A stretch of DNA of 64,000 nt, taken from contig CAVPBK010000006.1 in assembly GCA_963701855.1 (NCBI GenBank), positions 1,408,001 to 1,472,000 of the forward strand. Direction: 5' to 3'. The translations under genes were made by a program, and so were the position numbers. This DNA comes from Nitrospirota bacterium. Its GTDB lineage: Bacteria; Nitrospirota; Nitrospiria; Nitrospirales; Nitrospiraceae. Positions 1 through 11,525 of this stretch are shown here, piece by piece; the first letter of the stretch is position 1, and the number at the start of each line of letters is the position of its first letter. The notes under the pieces were generated by a model. That model did no database searches and was not told the origin of the DNA. It saw only the letters and a list, made by a program, of their open reading frames with translations.

Positions 1-1
1 A

Positions 2-208
2 ACCGGCTTCAAAGGGCGAGTGTCCCTCCATGAATTGCTGCTTCCCTCGGAACACATGAAACATCTCATCCAGACTCGATCACAAACCGCCCAGATGATG
101 ACTCTCGCGACGAAAGAGGGGATGGTCACACTGGTCCAAGACGGTATTCGAAAGGCGCTACAGGGACTCACCACCTATCGCCAAGTCAGAGCTGTGGCAA
201 TGAAATAG
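2..208 (+). CDS. PilB/GspE-family secretion ATPase, C-terminal fragment (5' truncated by window)
   Basis: Open from window start: TGFKGRVSLHELL...GMVTLVQDGIRKALQGLTTYRQVRAV, the typical GspE/PilB C-terminus; directly upstream of a pilin operon. Confidence 0.85.
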   Translation, partial: TGFKGRVSLHELLLPSEHMKHLIQTRSQTAQMMTLATKEGMVTLVQDGIRKALQGLTTYRQVRAVAMK

Positions 209-472
209 CCGATCCGCAGTATTTGTTTGAGGCAGCATTCTTCTGTCTCACGGTTCCCTTCTGCTCATGAATTCCTCCATTGAGGCGTTCCTTCTTCGAC
301 AAAAATTGTCTCCCGTAAGTCCGAAAAACGTTCATGCGAGTCAGAATAACCCCTGATACGCTCTTGAACATCAATGGCTTGCAAATGATTTCCCATGTGT
401 TCTTGGCGGCATGTCCCTTGCGTGAGAGTGCCTGGCGCTATAGATCTATCAGGACAAAACAGGACAGCCGAA

Positions 473-943
473 ATGCTTTGGCGGAAGAACGACCAGCACG
501 GTTTCACACTGATCGAGTTAATGATTGTCGTGGCGATCATCGGGATCGCCTCGGCGCTTGCGATCCCAAACTATGTGGAATGGAAAGCCCAGCATGATCT
601 GCGGGCGGCCGTGAGCGAGTTTGCCGGGAACTTAAACCTTGCGAGAGTTGTCGCGATGAATCGCAACCGCCAAGCGACGGTCACAATTCAAGTGGGGGGC
701 ACTGGACTCATTAACGTCGACGGAACTGCGGGTGGGGCTCCAATATTTAGCACTCAGACGATGAACGGAAGTGTGACGGGGTTGCCAGGCGGCACAACGA
801 ACGTAGCGTTTTCGTCACTGGGCTTGAGCAAAGCCGCTGCGAATCAAGTCATTCCGCTCGTGAATGCTAGAGGGGTAGTTTACTCCGTAGTAGTGATGCC
901 ATCAGGGAAGGTGACATGGTGCGCAAACTCCACATGTCCATAA
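473..943 (+). CDS. fimT: Type IV minor pilin, FimT/GspH family
   Basis: Class III signal QHG|FTLIELMIVVAIIG; LARVVAMNRNRQ motif; start moved to ATG 473. Confidence 0.85.
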   Translation: MLWRKNDQHGFTLIELMIVVAIIGIASALAIPNYVEWKAQHDLRAAVSEFAGNLNLARVVAMNRNRQATVTIQVGGTGLINVDGTAGGAPIFSTQTMNGSVTGLPGGTTNVAFSSLGLSKAAANQVIPLVNARGVVYSVVVMPSGKVTWCANSTCP

Positions 944-960
944 ATGCGCGACTGCTCCGT

Positions 961-1461
961 ATGACGACTCGGGTCTCGTGGCGTAGGCACGAGGGGTTTA
1001 CGCTCATCGAGAGTATGGTCGCTGCCGTGATATTGACGATCGGTCTCCTGGCTTTGACAGGCATGCAATCGTTCTCATTGAGAAAGAACGTCGATGCCAA
1101 CAACCAAACACGGGTGACGAATCTGGCGGCGGATATGCTCGAACGCATTCAATTTAATCGTCGTAAGGCAGCAAATTATCACAACATCAATGTGAGCTCG
1201 GGAACGACGACGTGTCCGACCGCCGCAGCCGACGTGATGGCGAACGGAGACTGTACCCAATGGCGCACGTTGCTGCTGAGTTCCAACCTTCAAAACATCG
1301 CAGGGACCGTCACCCTGAGCCCGGTTCCTCCGGCTACGGACCCCCTCGGATTGAACCGCAGTACCGTGACAGTCCTGGTGACATGGACTGAAGCGTCCGG
1401 CGTAGATGTAACAGCAACTTCGAAGACGGTACGTTTGGACACAGTGGTCGCGCCTGAATAG
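961..1461 (+). CDS. pilV: Type IV pilus modification protein PilV
   Basis: HEG|FTLIESMVAAVILTIGLLALTGMQ and LAADMLERI motifs; start could also be 934. Confidence 0.85.
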   Translation: MTTRVSWRRHEGFTLIESMVAAVILTIGLLALTGMQSFSLRKNVDANNQTRVTNLAADMLERIQFNRRKAANYHNINVSSGTTTCPTAAADVMANGDCTQWRTLLLSSNLQNIAGTVTLSPVPPATDPLGLNRSTVTVLVTWTEASGVDVTATSKTVRLDTVVAPE

Positions 1462-1463
1462 TT

Positions 1464-2630
1464 ATGGAGAGGTGCATGGTGGATGATGTGAAGGATGTGC
1501 GGGTGCTGTGTGAACGGGGGTTCACGCTCGTTGAGCTGATGATCGCAATCGTGATTTCGTCAGTCATCGTCGCGGGTGGATATACCGTACTGACCACAAC
1601 ACACAAGGCCACGATCTCGAATGAGAGAGCGGTCGGAACGCAGCAAAACATTCGGGTAGCCATGGAGTTGATAGCCAGGGACATCAAACAAGCAGGATTT
1701 GGTATGCCGGTGGCTCCCAATACCCCCGTGGGTGGGACCGCCGGCAATTGTGCGACGGGCGCAGGTACAACGGCCGCGGCGATGATGCCGGTCGATAACA
1801 ATTCAGCTATTCCACTAACCGCCGTCAACGATACGGGTGCCGATACCATTTCGCTCGTAGTTCCACGAACGAATTCTACAAACGGCGCAGTTCCTGGTTG
1901 GGTTCTAGCCAGTGCGGCTCCCTCGGGGGGGGCAGGATCATTTACCACCATCACCTTGACGAGCACGGCGGTCAACGAGATGGTGGCCGAAGGCATGCTG
2001 AACGGCTCTGGTGCCTATGTCTCACTGGGAGGAGTGATCACGGTGCCTGTGACATCGAGTAGCGGAGCGACGATAACACTCGGAACCCCAACGTATGCTC
2101 CGATAAACTTCCCGGTTGGAACACAGGTCTATCTCCTACAGTGCGTAACCTATCAAGTGCAAACCGGGGCAGCCAACTGTGGCTCTGCCGGTCCCTGTCT
2201 GACGCGAACGGTGGATAGCGGTACGGCTCCGACCGTCACCACTTCTCTCGTGGACGGGGTTGAAGACATGCAATTTGCCTATGCGTGCGACGGGTGTAAC
2301 ACCACGATCAATGGGGGTATCCCCAACAGCGTGATCGATGACTTTAACGCCAACAATACGTTCGACGTAGCCGATTTCCAAACCAATAGGGTCTGGGCGT
2401 TCGGGACGTTTGATCCTGCGACGATTCGGCTCGTACAGATCAACATCGTTGCGCGCCAAACAGCGATTGATCAAGGTACGGGAGAAGGAATTCAAGCAGG
2501 GGCCTTGAGTGGACCGCTTCAGGTCAGCGACCATTTGCCTTCGAACGACGCAGGATACACTGCGGCAACCTATCAATCATTCCGCCGTCGCTTCCTGACA
2601 CGGACTGTTGATACAAGGAATATGCAGTGA
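1464..2630 (+). CDS. pilW: Type IV minor pilin PilW
   Basis: RG|FTLVELMIAIVI, QQNIRVAMELIARDIKQAGF, LVDGVEDMQFAY. Confidence 0.85.
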   Translation: MERCMVDDVKDVRVLCERGFTLVELMIAIVISSVIVAGGYTVLTTTHKATISNERAVGTQQNIRVAMELIARDIKQAGFGMPVAPNTPVGGTAGNCATGAGTTAAAMMPVDNNSAIPLTAVNDTGADTISLVVPRTNSTNGAVPGWVLASAAPSGGAGSFTTITLTSTAVNEMVAEGMLNGSGAYVSLGGVITVPVTSSSGATITLGTPTYAPINFPVGTQVYLLQCVTYQVQTGAANCGSAGPCLTRTVDSGTAPTVTTSLVDGVEDMQFAYACDGCNTTINGGIPNSVIDDFNANNTFDVADFQTNRVWAFGTFDPATIRLVQINIVARQTAIDQGTGEGIQAGALSGPLQVSDHLPSNDAGYTAATYQSFRRRFLTRTVDTRNMQ

Positions 2631-3301
2631 ATATGCGTTGGGAGATGCGAATGAGGACGAGTATACGAATGATGTGGCAAGGTCTCGTCACGCCCCAACG
2701 GGGCGAAGAGGGCATCGCGCTTATCACGACATTGGTTATTTTGCTCATTATGACCGTGTTGGGGGTAGGGGCTGTGGCTGTCACGGCGTTGGAAAATCGA
2801 ATCGCGGGGTTCCAGCGAACCGGCGAATCTTCGACCAGTGCGGCGGAATCATGTGTGGGAACGTCCGTGAACATTATTCAGCAGACATTGGCAACAAGCA
2901 ATCTCACCGTGCCGGTAACGTTCGTTTCGGCGGCAGGTCCGGTTCTGAACTCAGCGGAAGTGGCAGCGAATCCTTCTCTGTCTATGGAAATTTCGGGGGT
3001 TTCGGTCAACGATCCGGATCTTGTGACGGGAGCGGGCGCCGCGGGCCCTGACTACAGTCTGCAAATCAATGGGTACTCCGTTCTAGGCGATATCGATTTC
3101 TTATACCTCGTACCGAGAGCTGGATCTGGCGCTGGCAGCGCGGGGGGCTACGAAGGGACCGGTGGCGGTGGTTCGTCTGGCGGAGTCGATAGACTGTATC
3201 GAATCGATTGCCGGGCGACGTTGACGGCCGTCGGAACCGAAAGTCGCGTGATGGCCGTCTACGCCTGTACCTTGAACGGCATATGTGAGAAGAAAATCTA
3301 A
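2627..3301 (+). CDS. pilX: Type IV minor pilin PilX
   Basis: EEG|IALITTLVILLIMTVLGV lacking Glu5, as in PilX; position between pilW and pilY1; exact start uncertain. Confidence 0.8.
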   Translation: MNMRWEMRMRTSIRMMWQGLVTPQRGEEGIALITTLVILLIMTVLGVGAVAVTALENRIAGFQRTGESSTSAAESCVGTSVNIIQQTLATSNLTVPVTFVSAAGPVLNSAEVAANPSLSMEISGVSVNDPDLVTGAGAAGPDYSLQINGYSVLGDIDFLYLVPRAGSGAGSAGGYEGTGGGGSSGGVDRLYRIDCRATLTAVGTESRVMAVYACTLNGICEKKI

Positions 3302-3375
3302 AATGCAGAGGAAGCTATTCAGTGCACGGTCATAAGGTCGCGGCAAGTCATTGGTCGAGCAGAAGGAGTAACAGT

Positions 3376-6300
3376 ATGAAACGTTTTACCATTGCTCTCC
3401 TGGTCGCACTGGTCGCGATCCTGGGCCATCACCAGGCCATAGCGCAGACTATGAATAGCTATTCGGCCTATCCTCCGTTCATCAACAAGTCCGTCCCTCC
3501 CGCCGTCATGCTCATGATGACCAAAGACCACCGGCTGTTCCTCAAGGGCTACAACGACATCGTCGATTTAGACAACGGAAAACCGGGTGGCGATGCGGCG
3601 GTCGATACCACCTACAAAGATAACATCGACTATGTCGGCTACTTCGATTCGAAGAAGTGTTACGACTATGCCTCAACGGCAGTAGCGGGATTTGGCGGCA
3701 CGGGACGTTTTAATGCCGCTGTCGCTGGGACGGGAACCTATGGGCATTATTGCTCGGCCAAGTGGAGCGGTAATTTTCTGAACTGGGCGACCATGGCACG
3801 TATCGACATCATCCGCAAGGTGCTCTACGGCGGAAGGCGCGTTGTGGATAATGCCGGCAGTTCCACCTTGCCGATGAGTGGGAACAACGGGCTGACCGTC
3901 TTGGGGCGAACGACCACCCCGCGTGACGCCCACTCCTGGGCCAAGCCCTATGCTGGGGCAGACCTTGCCTCGTTGGTCCCCACTGCGGCCTTGGGGATCG
4001 GTGCAGCGGTGACCATCTGCAACACCAATAGTGCGGCCACGGAAACCGTCGGCTATATGATGGTGTTGAACGGCAACTTTCCGGATGCCGACAGTACGGA
4101 GATCTACCAGTGCCACGCAATCAACAATACTGCGCCAGATTTTACCACCGGGGCCGGGAATCAATGGATTACGACCTATCGCGTCGCCGTCAAGGTCTGC
4201 GATTGGACCGTCGGATTGGAATCCAATTGCGATACGTACTACGATGACAATACGCAGCTCCGACGAATACCTACACTTACAAGCCCCAGGGATTGCTCCA
4301 GCGCATGGCGGTGAATTCCAATGGAAGCGCCGGCACGAGCGACGACACAATTACGATGCGGTTCGGTCTGATCTCCGGGAGTTATAACAAAAACTTCAGC
4401 GGAGGCGTGCTGCGAAGCAAGATCACCGACCTCTATAGCCAGGAGATCAATCGCCGAACCGGGCAGATTCTCGGTACCTCTCAAGTCATCAAGACCATCG
4501 ATATGTTCAGGATCATGGGCTACAGTTTCTCGTCGGGCTATAGTGGGGCAAGTCCTGAGGACGGCTGTGCCCTTCAGGGAAGTGTCCCTGCCGAAGGGAC
4601 GTGCCGCAGTTGGGGCGAGCCCTTCGCGGAGATGTTTTATGAAGCGATCCGGTATTTCCGCGGCCTGGCCGCGACCGGCAATGCCACCACGCAGTTCTAT
4701 GCGGCAAGCCCCGACAATGGCATTCAGAGTTACGCCATCGGGGACGGTACGTTCGCGTTGAATACCTTCCCGGTCGTAGCCAGCAATGCGTATCAGGATC
4801 CCTATACGACGGGGGCTACTCCTGTCTGCGAATACTGCTCCAAGCCCTTTGTCTTGATGTTCGGGGATGCCTTCCCTTCCCACGATTCCGACCAGCTGCC
4901 GGGAGCCCAGGCCTGGACGCGGCGCCCAGCCAGGTCAACCCTACGACGAACGATACGGGCCTGTCCCTGTCGACGCTCTTGACCAATTCGCAGATGGATA
5001 CATTGGATCCGATCACATCCGTGATCGTCGGGGACATCGGTGGCACAACCAACTCGTTGTGTTCAGCGAAGGCTACGACCACCTACCTCAACATCCGAGG
5101 CCTCTGTCCGGAAGAGCCCAACAAGTACGGAACCTACTATCTCCCAATGCTGGCCCATTATGCCAAGACCACGGATCTGCGCGGGGCCTTGGGGAACGAC
5201 ACGACGAATTCGGTTAAACAGAACATAACCACCTATGCCGTCGTGGCCAGCGCGCCGACCCCGATATTGGAATTTACCGTGGGAGGCAAGAAGGTTCAGT
5301 TAAACCCGGCCTTTCATAGTGGTTGCCCGGCAGCTTCGAGTACAGCTCCTGCCGGCGATCTAAAGCGGTTCGGAGTCCAAGCCCCCACACCGGACTGCGC
5401 GGCAGCGGGGACGGGTGGATGGAGCGCTCCCGGCAGTGGCAGCCCCCCATACCAGGGGAACAAGGGTGAACTGGTCTCGTTCGAAGTGTGTGCGAACAAC
5501 GATGAAGCTGTGAATAGCTATACCTCTTGCTACGAAATAATGTTCAACGATGCAACCTACGGAGGGGATTGGGATCTCGACCTTCGCTATCGGCTCTATG
5601 TGAAGACGGGGCTCACCACCATCACGGTGAAGACCAAGCCCATTTATGCCAACTCGGGAAACGGCAACTGGGCCGGCTACTACATCAATGGAGTGAGCGG
5701 AGGTGGGGCGTCATAGGGGATGCCACCTCAGCCACGGGAGGCGGCGCGCCTCGAACACGGGGTCCGGGGAATATTATGACATCCGCTGCGGAAATGGGAT
5801 CACCGGCAATTCAGTCGGATGCCAGCGGTATTTTGGTGGTGCCGTGCAAACCGTTATTCCTTATACGCTCGCGGTGGAACGGACATTCACGGTTACTGGT
5901 TCGAATGCCGGCCTCTTGAAAGACCCCCTCTGGTACGCCAGCAAATATGGCGGATTCAAAGACAGCGATAAGGTTTCGACCACTGGCTACAATGTGCCGG
6001 ACAAGACGGCGGAGTGGGATGTGAACGCCGACGGTTTACCGGATAGCTATTTCTTTGCGCAGAACCCGCTGGAGTTGGAAGGGAAACTCTGCGGCTGCCT
6101 TCGCGGCGATTCTGAACCAGACTTCGTCGGGAACTGCGGCCTCCGTGTTGTCGTCGTCTACTACGGGCGAAGGCGCGATCTATCAATCGTATTTCTATCC
6201 GACCCAGTACGAAGCAGAGAGGGAAATCAAGTATGCGGGCTACGTGCAGAGCCTCTTTGTCGATACGTACGGGAACTTCAGAGAGGATACGGTCAAGGAC

Positions 6301-8745
6301 AATCGACTGGTTCTGACAGAGGATCGTATCGTCGTCACGCGATATGATGCGGTGAATGACACGCTCGCCATTGATATATATGTCGATGCCAACGGGGACG
6401 GGAAAGCCGACCCGACACGCGACACGAATAGCGATGGTATCCTCGACACGGCTTTTTGCGACGATTCCCCCAATCAGTGCGACAAGGTCCTGGCCGATAT
6501 CAACCCGATCTGGGAAGGGGGACGAAATCTTGCGCTGATGAGTCCAAGCAGCCGAAATATTCTCACGTGGGTGGACCTCGACAACAATAAGCTGGTTAAG
6601 AACATAGCTGCACCGACTGGCGCTGCGACGGAGGAGTATATTTCATTCGACAGCACCAATGTGAGTAAGCTCACGGGCTATCTCAATCTGAGTGGCGCGC
6701 CGGCAGCCTATACGGCCGCGAACATCATTGATTTCATCCGCGGCACGCAAGTGACCGGACTCCGTGACCGGACGTTGACCGTCAAGGACACCTCCGGCAC
6801 TCCCGTTTCTGCCGTGTGGAAGCTCGGAGATTCGGTCTATTCAACACCCGTCATCGTCGGTGCGCCGAGGGAACGGTTTGATCTCCTGTACGGGGATTCC
6901 TCATACACACCGTTTTACAGCCAATACAAAAATAGGCGGCAGGTAGCCTATCTCGGAGCCAACGATGGGATGATGCATGCCATCAACGTTGGTGTCTACA
7001 ACCCAGGAGACGACACGACAACTCCCGCGAAGATCGAGCACGGGTGGTACTCCAATACAGCCACTGCGGATGGGCGTGGGGTGAACATCGGCGATGAACT
7101 CTGGGGCTTTATTCCGCAGGAATTGCTGCCTCATCTTCGATGGCTGGCCGATCCCGGCTACACGCATGTCTACTACGTCGATTTGAAGCCCAAAGTCACC
7201 GATGTGCGAATTTTCCCGAACGATGCGGATCACCCTGGGGGATGGGGCACGATTCTCATCGGCGGATTTCGCATGGGCGGGAGCTGTAGCAACTGTACTA
7301 CGCAAGGAACGCCTATGACCTTCGCGGATAATTTTAATGGCATCGCCGGGGTTGATGCGGCGCGAACCTTCTTGAGCTCTTATTTTGTGCTGGATGTCAC
7401 CAACCCGGACAAGCTGCCGACATTGCTCTGGAGCTTTTCGGATCCGAGTCTCGGACTTACCACGAGCTATCCGACAGTCGCCCGTGTCAGTCCATTGACT
7501 GACGCCAAGATCGATAACACCAACGCAAAATGGTTCATGATCGTGGGGTCCGGCCCCACGAGTTATGATGCGGGGGTTGGACAGACGGCCAAAATATTCG
7601 CGGTCAACATCAACGACCGCATGACCTCAACCGCCGCGGGCGTGGTCACTAAGTTCGATGCCTCGGGAGGAGGAGCCACTCCTCCGAACTCCTTTGTCGG
7701 CGATTTGGTCGCGTTCGACCGAGACCTTGATTACCGAACCGACGTCATATACGGGGGGAAAGTCATCAGTGCGACACCGTGGGAAGGGAAACTCATCCGT
7801 CTTATGACCGGCTGCTGGAGCGCTTCTACGCCGGTCTGTAACACGAGCCCGAGTTTGTGGGGTGTGCCTTCGGGCACGGCCGGCGTTCAAGCGCCCTCTG
7901 AAATCCTGTATCAATTTAAAGATGGAGGGGGGACGGCCCGTACGTTGGGACCGGTTCCTGCCGCTGTCGGCGTGGCAATCGACCAGACAGGCAATACCTG
8001 GGTGTTTGCAGGAAGCGGCCGATACTATACTCAAACCAGTGGGACAGGAGATAAGATCGATGCCTCAACCCAATATGTGCTGGGCATCAAAGACTCTGTC
8101 TTGCAAGGCTCCGGTGGGTGTGTCGGCGGCGATGCCACGATAACCGGCTGTCGTCTGGACTCCACGCTCAACAACGAGCTGATCGATATGTCGACGGCGA
8201 CCATCTGCCAATTAGGATCTGGAACCTGTACCGGCACGGGCGCAAATCAGCAGGTGACCAGCGTTCCCGCAATGGCGGCTGGCGGAAACTATGCGTCGCT
8301 CATGTCGCTTGTCCAAAGCAAAAGAGGTTGGTTTGCTAAATTAACGGTTCCTGCTAGTGGGCCCAGTGAACGGTCTGTGGCCAACCCAGTTGTGCTGGGA
8401 GGGATTGTGTTCTTCCCGACCTTCACTCCGAGCGGCGACTCCTGTGTTGCGTCAGGAGCCAGCAATCTTTATGCATTGTATTATGTCACCGGTGGCGCCT
8501 ATTCATCACCCATCGTGGGGATGACGGGTCAGAATATCAACAGTAAGACCAGCCTTGGCGAAGGGTTGGCGACGACTGTGGCGATCCACCTGGGAGCTCA
8601 GGGGGATGGCACGACTGGAAGCGGCAGCCAAACTGGCGTGAAAGCCTGTTCGCAGTCCAGCACCGGAGCTATCAACTGCGTGAATACCGGCACGGCTTCG
8701 GCCGTCGCAAGTCATTTCCTCTCATGGATCAATCAGCGGGATTGA
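3376..8745 (+). pseudogene. pilY1: PilY1 pilus adhesin (about 1790 aa when reconstructed), interrupted by five frameshifts (real or assembly error)
   Basis: AGGAG RBS and signal peptide at 3376; WSGNFLNWATMARIDIIRKVLYGG, LKDPLWYASKYGGF, WKLGDSVYSTP, YLGANDGMMHA, ELWGFIP, YYVDL motifs spread over consecutive ORFs 3322, 4293, 4979, 5527/5703 and 6055. Confidence 0.9.
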
Positions 8746-8761
8746 TCCGGAAAAAATAGAC

Positions 8762-8794
8762 CTCCGCGCGCCACCTGTTCGGTGGTGCGCGGAG
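8762..8794. terminator. GC-rich stem-loop after pilY1
   Basis: CTCCGCGCGCCACC-TGTTC-GGTGGTGCGCGGAG, A-run on the left side. Confidence 0.5.
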
Positions 8795-8807
8795 ATTGTG
8801 GAACCTC

Positions 8808-9785
8808 ATGCCGAAGGATCTTGTGCAGGCCATACACGTTTTCATTGGGGTCATAACTCTTGCCGTCTTGGGACTGATTGGGTGCAACTTCGATTCATCC
8901 CAGACGGACGCGATGGGAGCTGGCACCGCTGGGCCGAACCATCCCCCGGTCATCCGCTCGGTAACCCTTGTCCCCATTCCAATCATTCGCGAAGGGGTGG
9001 TGACGGCGACGGTCGATGCCGAAGACTTGGACAGAGATGCCCTGACATTCACATTCAAGTGGATCGTCAACGACGAGCTGAGACCTGAAGAGGTCTCCGC
9101 CACGTTTCATCCTGAAAGCGTGAGCCGCGGTGATCGCGTGGTCGTCGAGGTGATTCCTCACGACGGGAAGGTCTCGGGCCTGCCTGTTCGTAGCGGGTCG
9201 GTTGTTGTCGGCAATACGCCGCCGGCTATCCGTGCCCTGACCATTCAGCCTAGCGGTGCCAAGGTTGGGGATCGACTCGTCGCGACAGTGGATGGCAGCG
9301 ATATGGATGGAGACGACGTCCGCTATACGTACCGGTGGTCCCACAATGACCGATTGGTCGTGGAGGGCGAACAAGGAACGCTGGATACAACTGGTTTCTC
9401 GCGGGGTGATGCCATCGCCGTTTCCGCAACGCCCCATGACCGTGACAGTCATGGCAAGGAACAGCTGTCGGAGCTGCTGACGTTGGCGAATAGTCCTCCA
9501 AAATTCACCTCATCCGCTCAGGGCGTCCTGGCGCAGGGACAGTTCGGCTACGTCGCATCGGCGACGGACCCCGAGAATGATCCAATGACCTTCGCGCTCG
9601 AATCGGCACCACCCGGCATGACGATCGATGAAAAAACTGGACGGATTCAATGGGAGGTTCCTGCCGCTTCAGCGAGAGGCTATAGGGTAAAAGTCTTGGT
9701 CAAGGATGACCATCAAGGATGGGCCACGCAGGAATTCAACGTGGCTATCGACAATCCCGTAACTGCCAAGCGCGAAGGGCGCTGA
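8808..9785 (+). CDS. Lipoprotein with three Ig/cadherin-like repeats (putative Ig domain at C-terminus)
   Basis: Lipobox LIGC; repeats beginning NHPP/NTPP/NSPP with DxDxD motifs; APPGMTIDEKTGRIQW. Confidence 0.75.
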   Translation: MPKDLVQAIHVFIGVITLAVLGLIGCNFDSSQTDAMGAGTAGPNHPPVIRSVTLVPIPIIREGVVTATVDAEDLDRDALTFTFKWIVNDELRPEEVSATFHPESVSRGDRVVVEVIPHDGKVSGLPVRSGSVVVGNTPPAIRALTIQPSGAKVGDRLVATVDGSDMDGDDVRYTYRWSHNDRLVVEGEQGTLDTTGFSRGDAIAVSATPHDRDSHGKEQLSELLTLANSPPKFTSSAQGVLAQGQFGYVASATDPENDPMTFALESAPPGMTIDEKTGRIQWEVPAASARGYRVKVLVKDDHQGWATQEFNVAIDNPVTAKREGR

Positions 9786-9887
9786 CGACGCGCCACGCAC
9801 TGATTCGATCTTCTGCTTGTCACACCTTTCCTCGGTTTGTTACAATCATTCACTATTGCTGCAGGGAGGGAGCACGCCTTAGCGTTT

Positions 9888-10958
9888 GTGCGTAAACTTA
9901 AACTCAGAGAAGGCACCAACACCTCCGTCCTGTTCGGTCACCACGACCGGCACCTCAAGCTGATCGAAGAAGATCTCGGTGTGCGCCTCTCGGCCCGCGG
10001 CGAGGAACTCACTCTCGACGGTACTGCAGATGCCACTCGCTATGCAGAACGTGTCCTCACAGAACTCGCCACCCTTGCCAACGATGGGATGGTGCTTCAG
10101 CCGGACGACATCACTCACGCCCTGAGCGCGCTCCGTCAGAGTCCCGAGACTCCGATTAAAGAACTCCTTGCCAATGCGGCGACTATCGTCACCAAGAAAC
10201 GATTCGTTGCGCCGAAGACACCGACGCAAAAATCCTACATCGAAGCAATCGAGACGCACGACATCGTGATCGGCATCGGTCCCGCCGGCACAGGCAAGAC
10301 ATATTTGGCAATGGCCATGGCGGTTAGTGCCCTCATGAAGAAAGAAGTGAGCCGCATCATTCTGGCGCGGCCAGCTGTTGAGGCTGGTGAAAAGCTTGGG
10401 TTCCTACCGGGCGATATGTATGCCAAAGTTAATCCCTATCTCCGCCCTCTGTACGATGCGCTGTTCGACATGATGGATATGGAACGGGCTGCTCGCGCGA
10501 TCGAGCGGGGCGACATCGAAATTGCGCCGCTCGGCTTTATGCGAGGCCGTACATTGAACGATTCGTTCGTGATTCTCGACGAAGCGCAGAACGCCACGGC
10601 GGAGCAAATGAAGATGTTTCTCACGCGGCTTGGTTTCCACTCCAAAGTGGTTGTCACCGGCGATATCACACAGGTGGACTTGCCGCCTGAACGGGTCTCC
10701 GGCCTGATCGAGGTACGGGAGATTCTGCGCGACGTCGAGGGCATTGAATTCGTGTACTTCGACGAGCGAGATGTGGTCCGTCACAAGCTGGTGCAGGACA
10801 TCATCAAAGCGTACGATCAACATCAAAACCCCGCTCAGTCTTCCGGTCCCTCTTCCGGCGCGGCAGGACGCCGACCGTCGCTGGCGCCGCATAATAAGCA
10901 ACCGAAGCCCGCCCCCCCTTCTGCACCGCTCACGGACTCCTGGGGCCAGTCACATTGA
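9888..10958 (+). CDS. phoH: PhoH-like ATPase (KH + PhoH)
   Basis: GPAGTGKT Walker A, RPAVEAGEKLGFLPG, MRGRTL, DEAQN; GTG start after GGAGG. Confidence 0.95.
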   Translation: MRKLKLREGTNTSVLFGHHDRHLKLIEEDLGVRLSARGEELTLDGTADATRYAERVLTELATLANDGMVLQPDDITHALSALRQSPETPIKELLANAATIVTKKRFVAPKTPTQKSYIEAIETHDIVIGIGPAGTGKTYLAMAMAVSALMKKEVSRIILARPAVEAGEKLGFLPGDMYAKVNPYLRPLYDALFDMMDMERAARAIERGDIEIAPLGFMRGRTLNDSFVILDEAQNATAEQMKMFLTRLGFHSKVVVTGDITQVDLPPERVSGLIEVREILRDVEGIEFVYFDERDVVRHKLVQDIIKAYDQHQNPAQSSGPSSGAAGRRPSLAPHNKQPKPAPPSAPLTDSWGQSH

Positions 10959-11521
10959 TGCCGGTTTATATGCAGAGTCAGGTCCGACGTATCACGTTTG
11001 ACCAGGTGAGCATGGAACGGTCGGCACGGGCGATTCTTGCCGATGTCGGGGAGACGTCGGCGGATCTGGGTATCCTGTTCGTGGGCGATCAGCGGATGAG
11101 GAGCCTCAATCGTCGGTATCGGGGCAAGGATCGCACAACCGACGTGCTGGCCTTTGCCATGCGGGAAGCTTGTGCACCTCATGCCTTTCGACAGGCTCAG
11201 GGCAGGTCCGTATCCTTCACGCCGGATATACTGGGGGATGTGGTAATTTCGGTGCCCACAGCATGGCGCCAGGCGATAGAGGCCGGGCGATCCTTGGATG
11301 AGGAGCTTGCCTGGTTGTTGATCCACGGCATTTTGCATCTCTGCGGCTACGATCATGAGCGGAGCGAGAAAGAAGCGCGCCGGATGCATCGTCGCGAACG
11401 GATGATTCAGCGGTCGATCGCGCGAGTTCCGAAACGAGCGAATCGAATACGTCAGGGTTCGACAGGCGCACCGTCGCGAGCCAAGTCGAGTGACGCATCG
11501 CACATTACGCATCATAGGTAG
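10955..11521 (+). CDS. ybeY: rRNA maturation endoribonuclease YbeY
   Basis: LNRRYRGKDRTTDVLAF, LGDVVIS, HGILHLCGYDH. Confidence 0.95.
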   Translation: MMPVYMQSQVRRITFDQVSMERSARAILADVGETSADLGILFVGDQRMRSLNRRYRGKDRTTDVLAFAMREACAPHAFRQAQGRSVSFTPDILGDVVISVPTAWRQAIEAGRSLDEELAWLLIHGILHLCGYDHERSEKEARRMHRRERMIQRSIARVPKRANRIRQGSTGAPSRAKSSDASHITHHR

Positions 11522-11525
11522 ATCT

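Noticed and set aside
3376..8745. Programmed frameshifting, deliberately split pilY1 genes, or a DGR target
   Set aside because: No slippery heptamers or long homopolymers at the breaks, internal fragments lack their own signal peptides, and there is no template-repeat copy or reverse transcriptase in the window
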